IMG/VR virus record: IMGVR_UViG_2534681675_000023
Span: 1 to 29,757 of that record
Origin: a virus
Lineage: Duplodnaviria; Heunggongvirae; Uroviricota; Caudoviricetes
Strand: one strand, 5' to 3'
DNA: 29,757 bases
A program made the translations under genes and the position numbers. Under the pieces are notes generated by a model that was not told the DNA's origin, made no database searches, and saw only the letters and a program-made list of their open reading frames with translations. Position 1 is the first letter of the stretch; each line of letters starts with the position of its first letter. Below are positions 1 through 9,589 of this stretch, one piece after another.

Positions 1-22
1 TAACCATTTGATAATTAATAAA

Positions 23-1318
23 TTAATTTTTCACCACCTCGTTTTGGGGCATGGTTGGGGCAAACTCGCTTAGCTGTGTATTTAACAGGGCTACCTGTGC
101 ATTATTGTTTTCAGACATCCATTTCCCGTATACCTGAAACACCATTTGCGCATCTGCATGTCCCATCTGGTTTGCTATGAATGCCGGGTTGGCACCGGCT
201 GTCAACGACCAGCAGGCATAAGTATGTCTCGACTGATATGATTTGCGGTGGCGGAGGCCAGCGCGCTTTATCGCTGCGTCCCACATCTGCCTTATTGAGT
301 CAACGGTAAAATGGTCACCATAATTTTTTACTCTCGCTGACACTTCAGGTTGAAAAACAAAGGTGCATTTTTGTTTTTCTGTTCTGCCGAACTCTCTGAG
401 GTGAACGTCAATAATATGTTCTTTGCTCAGCCTCGTTAGTGTCATCTGACTCCTGAGAGCGTCGATTGCAGGCTTGATAAGGTGAATTACCCGATTGGTA
501 CCAGCCTGTGTTTTCGGTACCGTAAAACGATCTTTTGCTAAATTTCTCCTGATCATCATTGTTCCATTTTTCAGATCTATGTCCTCCCACCCAAGCGCAC
601 ACAGTTCACCAGGGCGAATGCCTGTATAAACAGAAACACACCATAAATTTTTGGCCTGCTGATTTCTGCAGGCGTCGATAAGACGGATAAATTCCTCCCG
701 TGAAAGAGGATCAGGAATGGTTCTTGATTCCTTTAATGGCGAGATCCCCTTAAACGGATTATCTGCCAGGTAACCGTTATCAACACCAAACTGGAACACG
801 GCGTTAAGATTTGTCATGTAATTATTTACAGTTACAGCCGATCTCCCTGGTTGTGTAACAATATAGTTACTTTTGGGGATCTGGTATCCAGTCAGTAGCT
901 CTTTACGAACCTCCAGTAATTTTTCTTTATTAATCGATGAGGCAAGATTTTTTTCACCGATTATGCTCAGGATATTTTTGATGACGGCACGGTATGTGTT
1001 GAGTGATGCTTTGGCGGCTTCAGTTTCTTTCAGTGCCAGAAATTTTTCAGCCAGTTCTTTTATGGTTAAATCTTGTCGGGCCTCACCAAATTTTTCCAGA
1101 TTGCGTGAGGAGGGAAACTGTTTTGCATAGTCGAAAACACCAGTTTTTATTGCGTAACAAACAGAGGAGCGTAGTTCACCTGCAACGCGCCTGTTTTTTG
1201 CTGTGTCAGGAACCCCCAGATTTTCCCTGACTCTTACGCCTTTATAAACAAACCAGATACGTAATTTCCCTCCATGGTTTTCCACGCCTGTCGGATATTT
1301 CATTTCAACTTCTCTCAT
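23..1318 (-). CDS. int: Phage tyrosine integrase (site-specific recombinase)
   Basis: 431-aa ORF; C-terminal catalytic region typical of lambda-family tyrosine recombinases (…RHTYACWSL…HADAQMVFQVYGKW… with terminal Tyr region), N-terminal arm-type DNA-binding-like segment; sits at prophage left end next to a small Xis-like ORF. Confidence 0.9.
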   Translation of the reverse strand: MREVEMKYPTGVENHGGKLRIWFVYKGVRVRENLGVPDTAKNRRVAGELRSSVCYAIKTGVFDYAKQFPSSRNLEKFGEARQDLTIKELAEKFLALKETEAAKASLNTYRAVIKNILSIIGEKNLASSINKEKLLEVRKELLTGYQIPKSNYIVTQPGRSAVTVNNYMTNLNAVFQFGVDNGYLADNPFKGISPLKESRTIPDPLSREEFIRLIDACRNQQAKNLWCVSVYTGIRPGELCALGWEDIDLKNGTMMIRRNLAKDRFTVPKTQAGTNRVIHLIKPAIDALRSQMTLTRLSKEHIIDVHLREFGRTEKQKCTFVFQPEVSARVKNYGDHFTVDSIRQMWDAAIKRAGLRHRKSYQSRHTYACWSLTAGANPAFIANQMGHADAQMVFQVYGKWMSENNNAQVALLNTQLSEFAPTMPQNEVVKN

Positions 1319-1337
1319 TAGTTAGTGTGGCTTTTAG

Positions 1338-1589
1338 TCAAGTAAGATGACGTCTTGGTCTCGCTGATGCCTGGCGCTCAATCCAGCGATCAATTTCTTC
1401 CAGGTTGTAAAAGCATGGACTGTTATCCCATGGCATACCGTCATGAGCGACATGCTTATATTCCCTTCCTTCCATAAACGATTTTTCCCGGGCCTTTTTT
1501 AACGTACCTTTTTTTATTCCTTTCAGCGCAATTAACTGCTCTTCGGATACCCATTTGCCGGGAGAGACAATCATGATTACTTCGCTCAT
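1338..1589 (-). CDS. Putative excisionase / small recombination directionality factor
   Basis: 83-aa basic ORF immediately upstream of int on the same strand (canonical xis position); no domain search was run, family assignment is by position and size. Confidence 0.55.
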   Translation of the reverse strand: MSEVIMIVSPGKWVSEEQLIALKGIKKGTLKKAREKSFMEGREYKHVAHDGMPWDNSPCFYNLEEIDRWIERQASARPRRHLT

Positions 1590-1661
1590 CGATTTCTTTA
1601 TCTCTTACATCAGACGAGCGCCGGTTGCAGAATACCAGTCACAACCGGCGACAGTTGAACA

Positions 1662-4133
1662 TTAAGAATCAGCCTGACTCGGGATCAGTTTTTGCCAGAT
1701 AACTGAAACGTATTTTGCCTGGTAACGGGCGTCATCAAGTGCATTATGGCGCTCACCTTCGAATGGAATAGCCGTTCTGGCATCGAAGTCTATGGCTTTC
1801 CCCAGCTCAACGATTGTGCGTACATCGCGATCGTTGTAGTAACGCCACGGGCAGGGGATCCCCTGCCGTTCGTATGAACGGCGCAAAATCGTGTTGTCGA
1901 AGTTGGCTCCATTTCCCCAGACCTGAACAAAAAATTCACCGGAGTTTTCGTCGATAAATTCCCGCAATTGTAACAGTGCATCATCTAACGGGATTTCATC
2001 GGTCATAATGGCAGATTGCGCTTCGCGTGATTGCTTAAGCCACCATTTAATGGTGTCCCGATCAATGACTCCGCCAGCAGTTTCCAGATCGATAGTCTTA
2101 CTAAATTCCGGTCCCATATCTCCGGTTTGCGGATCGAAAAATATTGCACCTATTGAGATAATCGGGGCATCAGGATTTTTTCCCATGGTTTCAAGGTCGA
2201 TCATTAGATGGTCACACGTCCTGCTGGTGGATGTGATAACGTGATGACCGTTCACCGCAATTAAGGGATCTGCCGTCTCGCCAGTTTCATTATTGCTGGC
2301 GTGGTCCTGAGCGCTGCCAGCATTCTCCTTGTGTGGATGTTCAGCGCCTTCCATTTCCTCCGGATCATTTTCCTGAACTTCAACCTGATTCTCTTCATCG
2401 AATGTTTCCTGGTATGTTGCGTCGCCCATCACCGCACCACAATCAGGGCAGTTGCCGCCGCCGGTCTGACCGCATGCGGTGCAGACTTTTTCCGCTTCCT
2501 GTTGCGCTACTGGCTCAGGTTGTTTCGTTTCTGGCTCGTTTTGTAACGCATTTGGGCTGTTTTGTTCTGCTTTCTGGTCGTTCTGTTCCGTTTCTTGCTG
2601 GTTCTGATTCACTGAATCGCGGGTTTCAATCCCCTTCACCCATTTCGGATCATTCGGGTCGCTAATCCCTGCAACAAATTCACCACGTGATACAGCAAGC
2701 AACTTATCGGCGTCAGGCTGGCTGATATTGGCTGCCTGCATAATTTTGTTTACTTCGTCAGCGGTAACTTTTACCGGCTCTGGTTGTGCGGTCGTGTCAG
2801 ATGCACCAGTATTTTGTTGTGAACCTGAGTATGTACCGTTTTTACGGGCAAAATATTCTTCTTTCGTGATTTCAGTAGCCCCTGCAGTCAGCGCCTTATT
2901 CAGACCAGAAAGTTTGTTTGCGCGACCATATTTTTCGCCATCCTTGTCGGTGAAGAGGAAGTAGAACGGCCCCTCACGCTCTACAGATGGTTCGACTTCC
3001 ACTTTGCATTCGGTTTTTTCGTTGTCCGGAATTGCCGTTTCCACTGCATCAGTTTCTGGTACTGGCGACGAGAGAGTATCAGTTGCGCTCTGATTTCTTC
3101 CTTCATCTTCAAACACGCCCTTTGTAGTCAGGTATTCAGTAATGTATTTGTTCAGTGTCACAGGGTCTTTGTGAATGTCGATCGGACGTTCACGGACAAG
3201 GCCAAAAATAGTCTGGCGGTCGTAGCGAAGGGCATCAGGCTGTTTGCGCATTGATGCCGAGATACGCTTCCAGTCTTCGCGGTCGTTGTCGATAACTTCA
3301 TTTTTTGCCCAGCGATGGATGCTGCCGTCAATGTTTCCGGCATCCACATCACCAGGCCAGAGAGCGTAGGCCAGTTCGTCATCCAGTGTTTTCCATGTCT
3401 GCTTGTATTCGCGATGAGTGGCAGCAATGACCGGGCTGATTTTTCCTGTTGAATTGTCAGTGTACTGTTGATTGGCTCTGGCGCGGGCGAGATCAACAAC
3501 AGACGTGTATTTTCCGGTTTCCTTGCGTTCACCTTCGCGACGTTTTTTCCAGATGCGCATCTCTGCCTGAATTTCGGGCCATTTAGCACCAGGAATACAT
3601 TTATGCTTAACCCACCCAATGGCGTGCAACTTAAGCTCCGGATACATGGCGTTAACTTCTGGCATTTTCATCAACGCTTCAACGATATGTCCGTCGAATG
3701 TTGCCATGTCTTCCTGCAACAATTCCTGTGCGCTAATAACCATATCAACGGTGATGTTTTCACATGTGTCGAACTTAACCAGGACCGCGTTCTGTACTTC
3801 AGGGGACAGCTTGTCAAAATTGACGTTCATCGGATCGGATTCTGGTTCGACCGGGACAAAGGAAGCGCCTTCCTCATCCCAGCGGTTTTCCAGCATATAT
3901 TCGGTATCCCAGGAGTCGATGGCAGGGCGGGGCATGCCGGGTTTATCCTCGCAGACAAGAAATTTATAAGCGCAGTCCTGAGCAGCCGGATATTGCTCCA
4001 GGAATTGCCAGGTAAATTTGGCTCGGGCGCGACGTTCGTCGCCGGCTTCAATGGCAGTGGCTACAGCGACTGCACCTTCTTCCTTTATTGCCTGTTCGTC
4101 CGGAATGGCGGCGCAAATAAAGACTTTACTCAT
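1662..4133 (-). CDS. Large early-left-operon exonuclease: C-terminal DEDDh (DnaQ-like) 3'-5' exonuclease domain, central Cys4 zinc-ribbon, RecE-like middle segment
   Basis: 823-aa ORF; C-terminus carries Exo I D-x-E (MIDLETMG), Exo II (NGANFDNTIL) and Exo III H-x4-D (HNALDDARY) motifs; CTACGQTGGGNCPDCG zinc-ribbon-like motif; segment DADKLLAVSRGEFVAGISDPNDPKWVKGIETRD matches, from memory, a conserved block of RecE (exonuclease VIII). Confidence 0.8.
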   Translation of the reverse strand: MSKVFICAAIPDEQAIKEEGAVAVATAIEAGDERRARAKFTWQFLEQYPAAQDCAYKFLVCEDKPGMPRPAIDSWDTEYMLENRWDEEGASFVPVEPESDPMNVNFDKLSPEVQNAVLVKFDTCENITVDMVISAQELLQEDMATFDGHIVEALMKMPEVNAMYPELKLHAIGWVKHKCIPGAKWPEIQAEMRIWKKRREGERKETGKYTSVVDLARARANQQYTDNSTGKISPVIAATHREYKQTWKTLDDELAYALWPGDVDAGNIDGSIHRWAKNEVIDNDREDWKRISASMRKQPDALRYDRQTIFGLVRERPIDIHKDPVTLNKYITEYLTTKGVFEDEGRNQSATDTLSSPVPETDAVETAIPDNEKTECKVEVEPSVEREGPFYFLFTDKDGEKYGRANKLSGLNKALTAGATEITKEEYFARKNGTYSGSQQNTGASDTTAQPEPVKVTADEVNKIMQAANISQPDADKLLAVSRGEFVAGISDPNDPKWVKGIETRDSVNQNQQETEQNDQKAEQNSPNALQNEPETKQPEPVAQQEAEKVCTACGQTGGGNCPDCGAVMGDATYQETFDEENQVEVQENDPEEMEGAEHPHKENAGSAQDHASNNETGETADPLIAVNGHHVITSTSRTCDHLMIDLETMGKNPDAPIISIGAIFFDPQTGDMGPEFSKTIDLETAGGVIDRDTIKWWLKQSREAQSAIMTDEIPLDDALLQLREFIDENSGEFFVQVWGNGANFDNTILRRSYERQGIPCPWRYYNDRDVRTIVELGKAIDFDARTAIPFEGERHNALDDARYQAKYVSVIWQKLIPSQADS

Positions 4134-4213
4134 TTTGTTTTAACCTCATTACAGATTTAAGGGTGAACAAATCCCTGCCATTGCTGGCATATAAAAATGA
4201 AACCGGATATTAA

Positions 4214-4471
4214 TTACGGTGCTGTTTTAAGTCCTGCCGGGATTTCGTTATTGTCCATGCGAATAACTTTCTCAACCGGATAACAGTTGCCGGGAATTTT
4301 CTGTTCCGCTGCGGCAGCCATGCATTCTTTCATTGAGTCATGTATACCAATAACAAGATCAACTGGCTCGCCCGTATTAAGAAAAACCGTTAGAACGAGT
4401 GCAAATGCTGTATTCATTGCCAGTATCCTTTTTGCATCAGACGTAAACGGGCCAGCATTGATACAATGCAT
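4214..4471 (-). CDS. Hypothetical small protein with N-terminal hydrophobic (signal/TM-like) segment
   Basis: 85-aa ORF (likely true start at internal MNTAFALVLTVFL…) in the early-left operon downstream of the exonuclease. Confidence 0.45.
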   Translation of the reverse strand: MHCINAGPFTSDAKRILAMNTAFALVLTVFLNTGEPVDLVIGIHDSMKECMAAAAEQKIPGNCYPVEKVIRMDNNEIPAGLKTAP

Positions 4472-4698
4472 ATTTGATTTAATAGCTCCCGTTCGTGTTT
4501 TCTCTTATTAATGGCATCTTCAGTAAATACAGGGTTACTGATTCTGACACCAATTTCAAAACAACCTTCAGACGTATTAACGTTTGGTAATAACGTTTCC
4601 ATTATCGCGTCCTCAACAATGAATTTTGTGATACGGTGCCTGGTGCCTCCAGGTGACGTTAACCAGTTAACAATTAACGCCGGATACAGAGAACCCAC
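4414..4698 (-). CDS. Hypothetical small protein (uncertain)
   Basis: 94-aa ORF overlapping the previous ORF by 58 nt in another frame; plausible internal start (METLLPNV…); coding status uncertain. Confidence 0.3.
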   Translation of the reverse strand: MGSLYPALIVNWLTSPGGTRHRITKFIVEDAIMETLLPNVNTSEGCFEIGVRISNPVFTEDAINKRKHERELLNQICIVSMLARLRLMQKGYWQ

Positions 4699-5354
4699 CC
4701 ATAAGAACCAATACGGAAGTCAACTGGCCTTTTTAACTGTTCCGCGTGCGCTTAGCCGCATTCACCGCATCACAAAATTCACTTTAAAAAGGGCGGCAGA
4801 GCAGTCACGGAGTAAAACTGATACCGCCAAACGTCACCAGAAAATTGATAACAGAGGGCGTTGCAGCGGGGTTGCCACTTAAGCGTATGGTCAACCTGAC
4901 AACCCGGTGTCCTCAACGGGGAAGGAATAACCCCGCCATACTTACCGCCGCGCCATTTCGCGGATTGCCACAACCGGAAGCGCACAGACGAAGATGTCAG
5001 TGGTACACAACAAAGGGAGGAATGACTTCGCCGTGCGCTTTCGCGTTATGCCCTGACTTTTCAGGGATATATCCTTTCAGTAAACTGTTTGTGCCGGATT
5101 CTTATCCGTGTCCGGCGCACGACCACGCGCTGTCACGTGTGGTCTCCATTCTCAACCAGTAACCTCAATGGAGGATAAAATTAAAATGGTCAGCAAACTA
5201 AATTAGACTCGCTGGAAGATTCATTATTAAACAGCGCGTTTAAATTATATTCTTGAATGTTTTGGGGATAACCTTGCTGCTGAGGAAGGCTATCCAAACC
5301 ATGTCGATGGTTTCGAAGCGATATATCTTTATCTATCCCGTAAACATGGATGGA

Positions 5355-5756
5355 CTATTTCACAGTGTCGTTTAATGCCACTGGATGATATTCGCCTTGC
5401 TCTTTCGTTAGAGCTATCAGGGTGGCGACTCCCTGATGATGCAAAGATTGACGACCATCATTCTCACGATGATATAAGTTGTTAAGTTCCAGTAGTTTGG
5501 CTTTTGCAATGGCCTCTACAGATTTCCAGAATTTGTGGGGGTCTGTACTCTCTTCCTGTTCGTCAGGAATGTTATTGTCCTCAACAGAAACAGAATACAG
5601 TCCGGTAAACGCATCGCGCACATTACGAGCCATATTATCAATGTCTTTTTTCGTTTCAGCTTCTAATGCAACTTCGTTCAGACGTTGACGAAGTGTATGT
5701 GCTGCAATTTCTTGGATTTCTTTTGGTAACTCTTTAAATTCCATAGTCAACCTCAT
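5355..5756 (-). CDS. Hypothetical acidic protein of early-left operon
   Basis: 133-aa ORF; likely start at MEFKELP (coordinate 5744) with GAGG 8 nt upstream; hydrophilic, helical-looking sequence. Confidence 0.55.
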   Translation of the reverse strand: MRLTMEFKELPKEIQEIAAHTLRQRLNEVALEAETKKDIDNMARNVRDAFTGLYSVSVEDNNIPDEQEESTDPHKFWKSVEAIAKAKLLELNNLYHRENDGRQSLHHQGVATLIALTKEQGEYHPVALNDTVK

Positions 5757-5986
5757 CAGTCAGTGTTTCTGGCTAACCAGCGATGCGCGCCAGTTTCGGT
5801 TTTAAACGTTTTGCTTTTGGTATATGTCATCGCGGTGAACGTACCGTCCTGGTTGGGGAACACGCCACATACCAGAGATTCGCTGTTGCCAAGATCGATA
5901 GTATCCATGCTGACCTCATTTCCCCTTAACGCCGGGGTGGCGGAACAAAAACCTGCTGCATAGTTAAAGTTGAACCCTGCCGTCAT
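5756..5986 (-). CDS. Hypothetical protein, first gene leftward of the repressor (no N-like arginine-rich motif)
   Basis: 76-aa ORF with GAGG about 9 nt upstream of ATG; occupies the position of lambda N but lacks an ARM motif. Confidence 0.5.
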   Translation of the reverse strand: MTAGFNFNYAAGFCSATPALRGNEVSMDTIDLGNSESLVCGVFPNQDGTFTAMTYTKSKTFKTETGAHRWLARNTD

Positions 5987-6076
5987 GTTCTTACGCCTCG
6001 GGCTGGCTACTTAACCCCTGACCACTGCCTGGTAACTCGAAGTATTGCCCTGCGTTCTGTGGGGCGGGGTGGTATA

Positions 6077-6106
6077 CTATAAAACTAAATCTATTTAGTT
6101 TTATAG
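6077..6106. promoter_or_regulatory. 30-bp near-perfect palindrome (OL-like operator) overlapping putative leftward promoter
   Basis: CTATAAAACTAAAT-CT-ATTTAGTTTTATAG: 14-bp arms are exact reverse complements; lies between cI-like gene and leftward operon; RC TTGACT at 6105-6110 could serve as -35 for leftward transcription. Confidence 0.5.
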
Positions 6107-6177
6107 TCAAGCGCGATCTAGATATATTTAAAAAAAGGTCGACAAAGCCGACCTCTGATTGAAAAACAAAGTGGAAG

Positions 6178-6828
6178 CTATAGGCTGAACTGCACACCTT
6201 TTGCTACAGCAACAATTTTACATTCAGGTGTCAGTAAGGACGATTGATAGCGAGGATTGAGGGGGCTTAAATACACGAGTTTTCCGTCGATGACTAATTT
6301 TTTTATAGTCATAGATGGTTCGTTTGTAAGCGGATCTGGGACTATTACAGCGACGATACTACCATTTTTATATTTTTCTCTAGGCCTCATGATCACTGTG
6401 GCACCAACCGGAATGCTTGGCGACCCTGATGGGTTGTGCATAGTGTCATCAGGCATTGAAACGGCAAAATCCCCCTCCTTGACGTCAAAGAATGTGGTGA
6501 TTCTGTCGGCATTTCCCATAGTTTTCTCTCCTTCTAAAATTAGGAAAGAAATTGCTTCCCCCCATGAAAGATAGGGGATTTGGGTGCCTGAATTGTTCTG
6601 CACAAGGGTAGGTTCAGTAGACGATACTCCATATAGGAGATAGGACTCAGTAGTTCCTAGTGCTTGGGCTAATTTACTAAGAGCTTTGCTACCGGGTTCG
6701 TTTAGGTCTTTCTCCCAGTACCCTATAGTTACCCCTGTTACGCCAGAAAGCTTGCCCAGTTCGACTTGGGTCAGTCCCTTGTCTTTTCTGAGTCTCTTAA
6801 GCCTAATGCCAAGGCTTTCCATCATCAT
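6178..6828 (-). CDS. CI-like prophage repressor (HTH-XRE N-terminus + LexA/S24 peptidase C-terminus)
   Basis: 216-aa ORF; N-terminal HTH (LTQVELGKLSGVTGVTIGYWE), C-terminal S24-type autocleavage domain; divergent from Cro-like gene. Confidence 0.9.
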   Translation of the reverse strand: MMMESLGIRLKRLRKDKGLTQVELGKLSGVTGVTIGYWEKDLNEPGSKALSKLAQALGTTESYLLYGVSSTEPTLVQNNSGTQIPYLSWGEAISFLILEGEKTMGNADRITTFFDVKEGDFAVSMPDDTMHNPSGSPSIPVGATVIMRPREKYKNGSIVAVIVPDPLTNEPSMTIKKLVIDGKLVYLSPLNPRYQSSLLTPECKIVAVAKGVQFSL

Positions 6829-6920
6829 CTCCCGTGAATTGAATATAAATTATTTTAGATTGCATTGACCTAAAAAAAATTATCCTTTAATCTAAAAATA
6901 CTTAGTTTTAGGAGGGTGAA
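6829..6920. promoter_or_regulatory. Divergent immunity-switch region (OR/PR/PRM-like) with 9-bp inverted repeats
   Basis: TTTTAGATT (6853-6861) and AATCTAAAA (6889-6897) are exact reverse complements; TTGACC at 6865-6870 as candidate -35; AGGAGGG RBS precedes cro-like ATG at 6921. Confidence 0.5.
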
Positions 6921-7148
6921 ATGCGAGTTGATGAACTTGTCCAGTTTTTTGGCTCTGTTCAGAGAGTTGCCGATTTTTATGGGATAACCCGTGAAGCTAT
7001 ATACATGTGGCGCAAACGTCCTGGTGAAATAGTTCCCAAGGGGAGGGCCGCGGAAGCTGCCGCATACTCCAAGGGAAAATTATCTTTGAACCCAGAACTT
7101 TACAAAAAGAAGGATAACACCTTGAACGAAGGAAAGAATGATTCATGA
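6921..7148 (+). CDS. Cro/YdaS-like small DNA-binding regulator
   Basis: 75-aa ORF divergent from repressor, strong RBS; HTH-like segment VADFYGITREAIYMWRKR. Confidence 0.8.
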   Translation: MRVDELVQFFGSVQRVADFYGITREAIYMWRKRPGEIVPKGRAAEAAAYSKGKLSLNPELYKKKDNTLNEGKNDS

Positions 7149-7570
7149 AAATCAAGCATGAACACATCCGCATGGCTATGAATGCCTGGGCGCGTCCGGA
7201 TGGTGAAAAAGTTCCGGCGGCCAAGATAACCAGGGCTTATTTCGAACTGGGAATGACGTCCCCGGAACTGTACGACGACAGCCATCCAGAAGCCCTGGCT
7301 CGTAATACTCAGAAAATTTTCCGCTGGGTGGAGAAAGACACCACTGATGCGGTTGAAAAAATTCAGGCGTTGTTACCAGCAATCGAAAAAGCAATGCCAC
7401 CTCTGCTGGTGGCCCGGATGCGCAGCCACAGTTCAGCCTATTTTCGGGAGTTGGTGGAGACGCGGGAACGACTGGTGAGAGACGCTGATGATTTTGTCGC
7501 AGTGGCAATCGCCGGTTTCAATCAGATGAATCGTGGTGGCCCGGCAGGAAATGCTGTGGTGATGCACTAA
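7145..7570 (+). CDS. YdaT/CII-like regulatory protein
   Basis: 141-aa ORF translationally coupled to cro-like gene (ATGA overlap); position and size match Rac ydaT-type genes. Confidence 0.7.
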   Translation: MKIKHEHIRMAMNAWARPDGEKVPAAKITRAYFELGMTSPELYDDSHPEALARNTQKIFRWVEKDTTDAVEKIQALLPAIEKAMPPLLVARMRSHSSAYFRELVETRERLVRDADDFVAVAIAGFNQMNRGGPAGNAVVMH

Positions 7571-7940
7571 AAGCACGGTGTTCGGGGTTTTTTATGAGCA
7601 GCAAGCTTCATGGTCTTGTCTGGGAAGGGTGCGCCTTCACCGGCATGATCTTATCCAGGGTGGCAGTAATGGCTCGCCTTGCAGACTACAGCAATGACGA
7701 AGGTGTGTCATGGCCTGCAGTGGAGACCATTCGTCGTCAGATTGGGGCAAAGAGTGAATCAACGGTTAAAGCGGCGATAGCGGAACTGGAAAAGAACGGC
7801 TGGCTGACGAAGGAGGAGCGTAAGGTCGGTGGGCGTAATGAAAGCAATATCTACCGCCTTAATGTGGAAAAACTCGAAGCAGCAGCTGAGGCGGCGCGTG
7901 AGGCATATAAACCGAAAAGAAAAATTAGCCCGGCAAAAAA

Positions 7941-8018
7941 TGACCCGTTAACAGTTGACCAGTCAAATATTGCCCCCTCAACGGTTGACCCGTCAAATTT
8001 TGATGGATCAACCGTTGG
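7941..8018. repeat. Putative ori iterons inside the O-like gene
   Basis: GTTGACCAGTCAA (7955-7967) and GTTGACCCGTCAA (7984-7996), each with internal dyad symmetry, plus related GACCCGTTAAC / CAACCGTTGG copies; followed by GATCCGTCAG x2 in an AT-rich stretch (8055-8095). Confidence 0.6.
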
Positions 8019-8375
8019 TAAAAAACAGCCGGTTAGGGGGGCGATGGTTGGCCCCGATCCGTCAGTATTAAAACCTGATCCGTCAGATAAAAGATCTTTT
8101 CGTCCGGAAGCTTCGCAACCGGACCCGCAGACGGCTGAACAGGATTTTTTAACCCGACATCCTGATGCGGTTGTGTTTAGTGCAAAAAAACGTCAGTGGG
8201 GAACTCAGGAGGATTTGGCATGCGCACAGTGGATCTGGGGGCGAATCGTGAGTCTTTACGAACAGGCCGCCAGCGATGATGGCGAGATCACCCGACCGAA
8301 AGAACCCAACTGGACAGCATGTGAACCGCCCCGGAAATCCTGGAGACTAAACTTCCTGAGAAAGAGGTAAACAGG

Positions 8376-8702
8376 ATGACTAAAAATACTCGTTTTTCCC
8401 CCGAAGTCCGTCAACGCGCAGTTCGTATGGTTCTGGAAAGTCAGGGCGAATATGACTCACAATGGGCGGCAATTTGTTCCATTGCTCCAAAGATTGGCTG
8501 TACGCCAGAGACTCTGCGTGTCTGGGTTCGCCAGCATGAGAGGGATACCGGGAGCGGTGATGGTGGGCTCACCACCGCTGAACGTCAGCGTCTGAAAGAG
8601 CTGGAACGTGAAAATCGTGAACTGCGCCGCAGTAACGATATCCTTCGCCAGGCTTCCGCTTATTTTGCGAAGGCGGAGTTCGACCGCCTCTGGAAAAAAT
8701 AA
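8376..8702 (+). CDS. IS3-family transposase OrfA (HTH)
   Basis: 108-aa [22 protein letters not shown]…; recognised from memory as IS629-type OrfA; stop overlaps orfB start (TAATG). Confidence 0.9.
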   Translation: MTKNTRFSPEVRQRAVRMVLESQGEYDSQWAAICSIAPKIGCTPETLRVWVRQHERDTGSGDGGLTTAERQRLKELERENRELRRSNDILRQASAYFAKAEFDRLWKK

Positions 8703-9589
8703 TGCCACTGCTGGATAAGCTGCGTGAGCAGTACGGGGTCGGACCGGTATGCAGTGAACTGCATATTGCCCCGTCAACGTATTACCATTGTCAGCAGCAG
8801 CGGCATCATCCTGATAAACGCAGTGCCCGTGCGCAGCGCGATGACTGGCTGAAGAGAGAGATACAGCGCGTATACGATGAAAATCATCAGGTGTACGGTG
8901 TGCGTAAAGTCTGGCGTCAGTTGTTACGGGAAGGAATCAGGGTGGCCAGATGTACAGTGGCGCGCCTCATGGCGGTTATGGGACTTGCCGGTGTTCTCCG
9001 GGGTAAAAAGGTCCGCACTACCGTCAGCCGGAAAACCGTTGCCACAGGTGACCGCGTAAACCGTCAGTTCGTGGCAGAACGTCCTGACCAGCTGTGGGTG
9101 GCTGATTTTACTTACGTCAGCACATGGCAGGGCTTCGTCTATGTGGCGTTCATCATTGATGTGTTTGCCGGATACATCGTGGGGTGGCGGGTCTCATCGT
9201 CTATGGAAACGACATTCATGCTGGATGCGCTGGAGCAGGCGTTGTGGGCCCGTCGTCCGTCTGGCACCATCCATCACAGCGATAAAGGCTCTCAGTATGT
9301 GTCACTGGCCTATACGGAGCGACTAAAAGAAGCAAAACTGCTGGCATCAACAGGGAGTACAGGCGACTCGTATGACAACGCGATGGCTGAGAGCATCAAT
9401 GGTCTTTACAAAGCGGAGGTAATACACCGTAAGAGCTGGAAAAACCGTGCAGAAGTGGAACTGGCCACACTCACGTGGGTGGACTGGTATAACAATCGAC
9501 GATTGCTGGGAAGGCTGGGCCATACTCCTCCGGCAGAAGCAGAAAAAGCTTATTATGCTTCCATCGGAAACAATGATCTGGCAGCCTGA
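8702..9589 (+). CDS. IS3-family transposase OrfB (DDE catalytic domain)
   Basis: 295-aa ORF in -1 frame relative to orfA; DDE integrase-core motifs (…WVADFTYV…, …HSDKGSQY…, …DNAMAES…). Confidence 0.9.
   Translation: MPLLDKLREQYGVGPVCSELHIAPSTYYHCQQQRHHPDKRSARAQRDDWLKREIQRVYDENHQVYGVRKVWRQLLREGIRVARCTVARLMAVMGLAGVLRGKKVRTTVSRKTVATGDRVNRQFVAERPDQLWVADFTYVSTWQGFVYVAFIIDVFAGYIVGWRVSSSMETTFMLDALEQALWARRPSGTIHHSDKGSQYVSLAYTERLKEAKLLASTGSTGDSYDNAMAESINGLYKAEVIHRKSWKNRAEVELATLTWVDWYNNRRLLGRLGHTPPAEAEKAYYASIGNNDLAA

Noticed and set aside
2008-4160. Multiple + strand ORFs (2008-2244, 2301-2665, 2728-2964, 3468-4160, 3619-3969) inside the exonuclease gene
   Set aside because: All are antisense to or embedded in the well-supported 823-aa minus-strand gene, lack RBS, and have low-complexity composition typical of shadow ORFs.
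5365-5490. Plus-strand frame encoding …SQCRLMPLDDIRLALSLELSGWRLPDDAKIDDHHSHDD that looks protein-like
   Set aside because: It overlaps the longer minus-strand ORF 5355-5756, which has a plausible RBS; it has no start codon with RBS and is most likely an antisense shadow frame.
7176-7508. 110-aa minus-strand ORF and others overlapping ydaT-like and cro-like genes
   Set aside because: Antisense to supported plus-strand genes with translational coupling; no independent signals.
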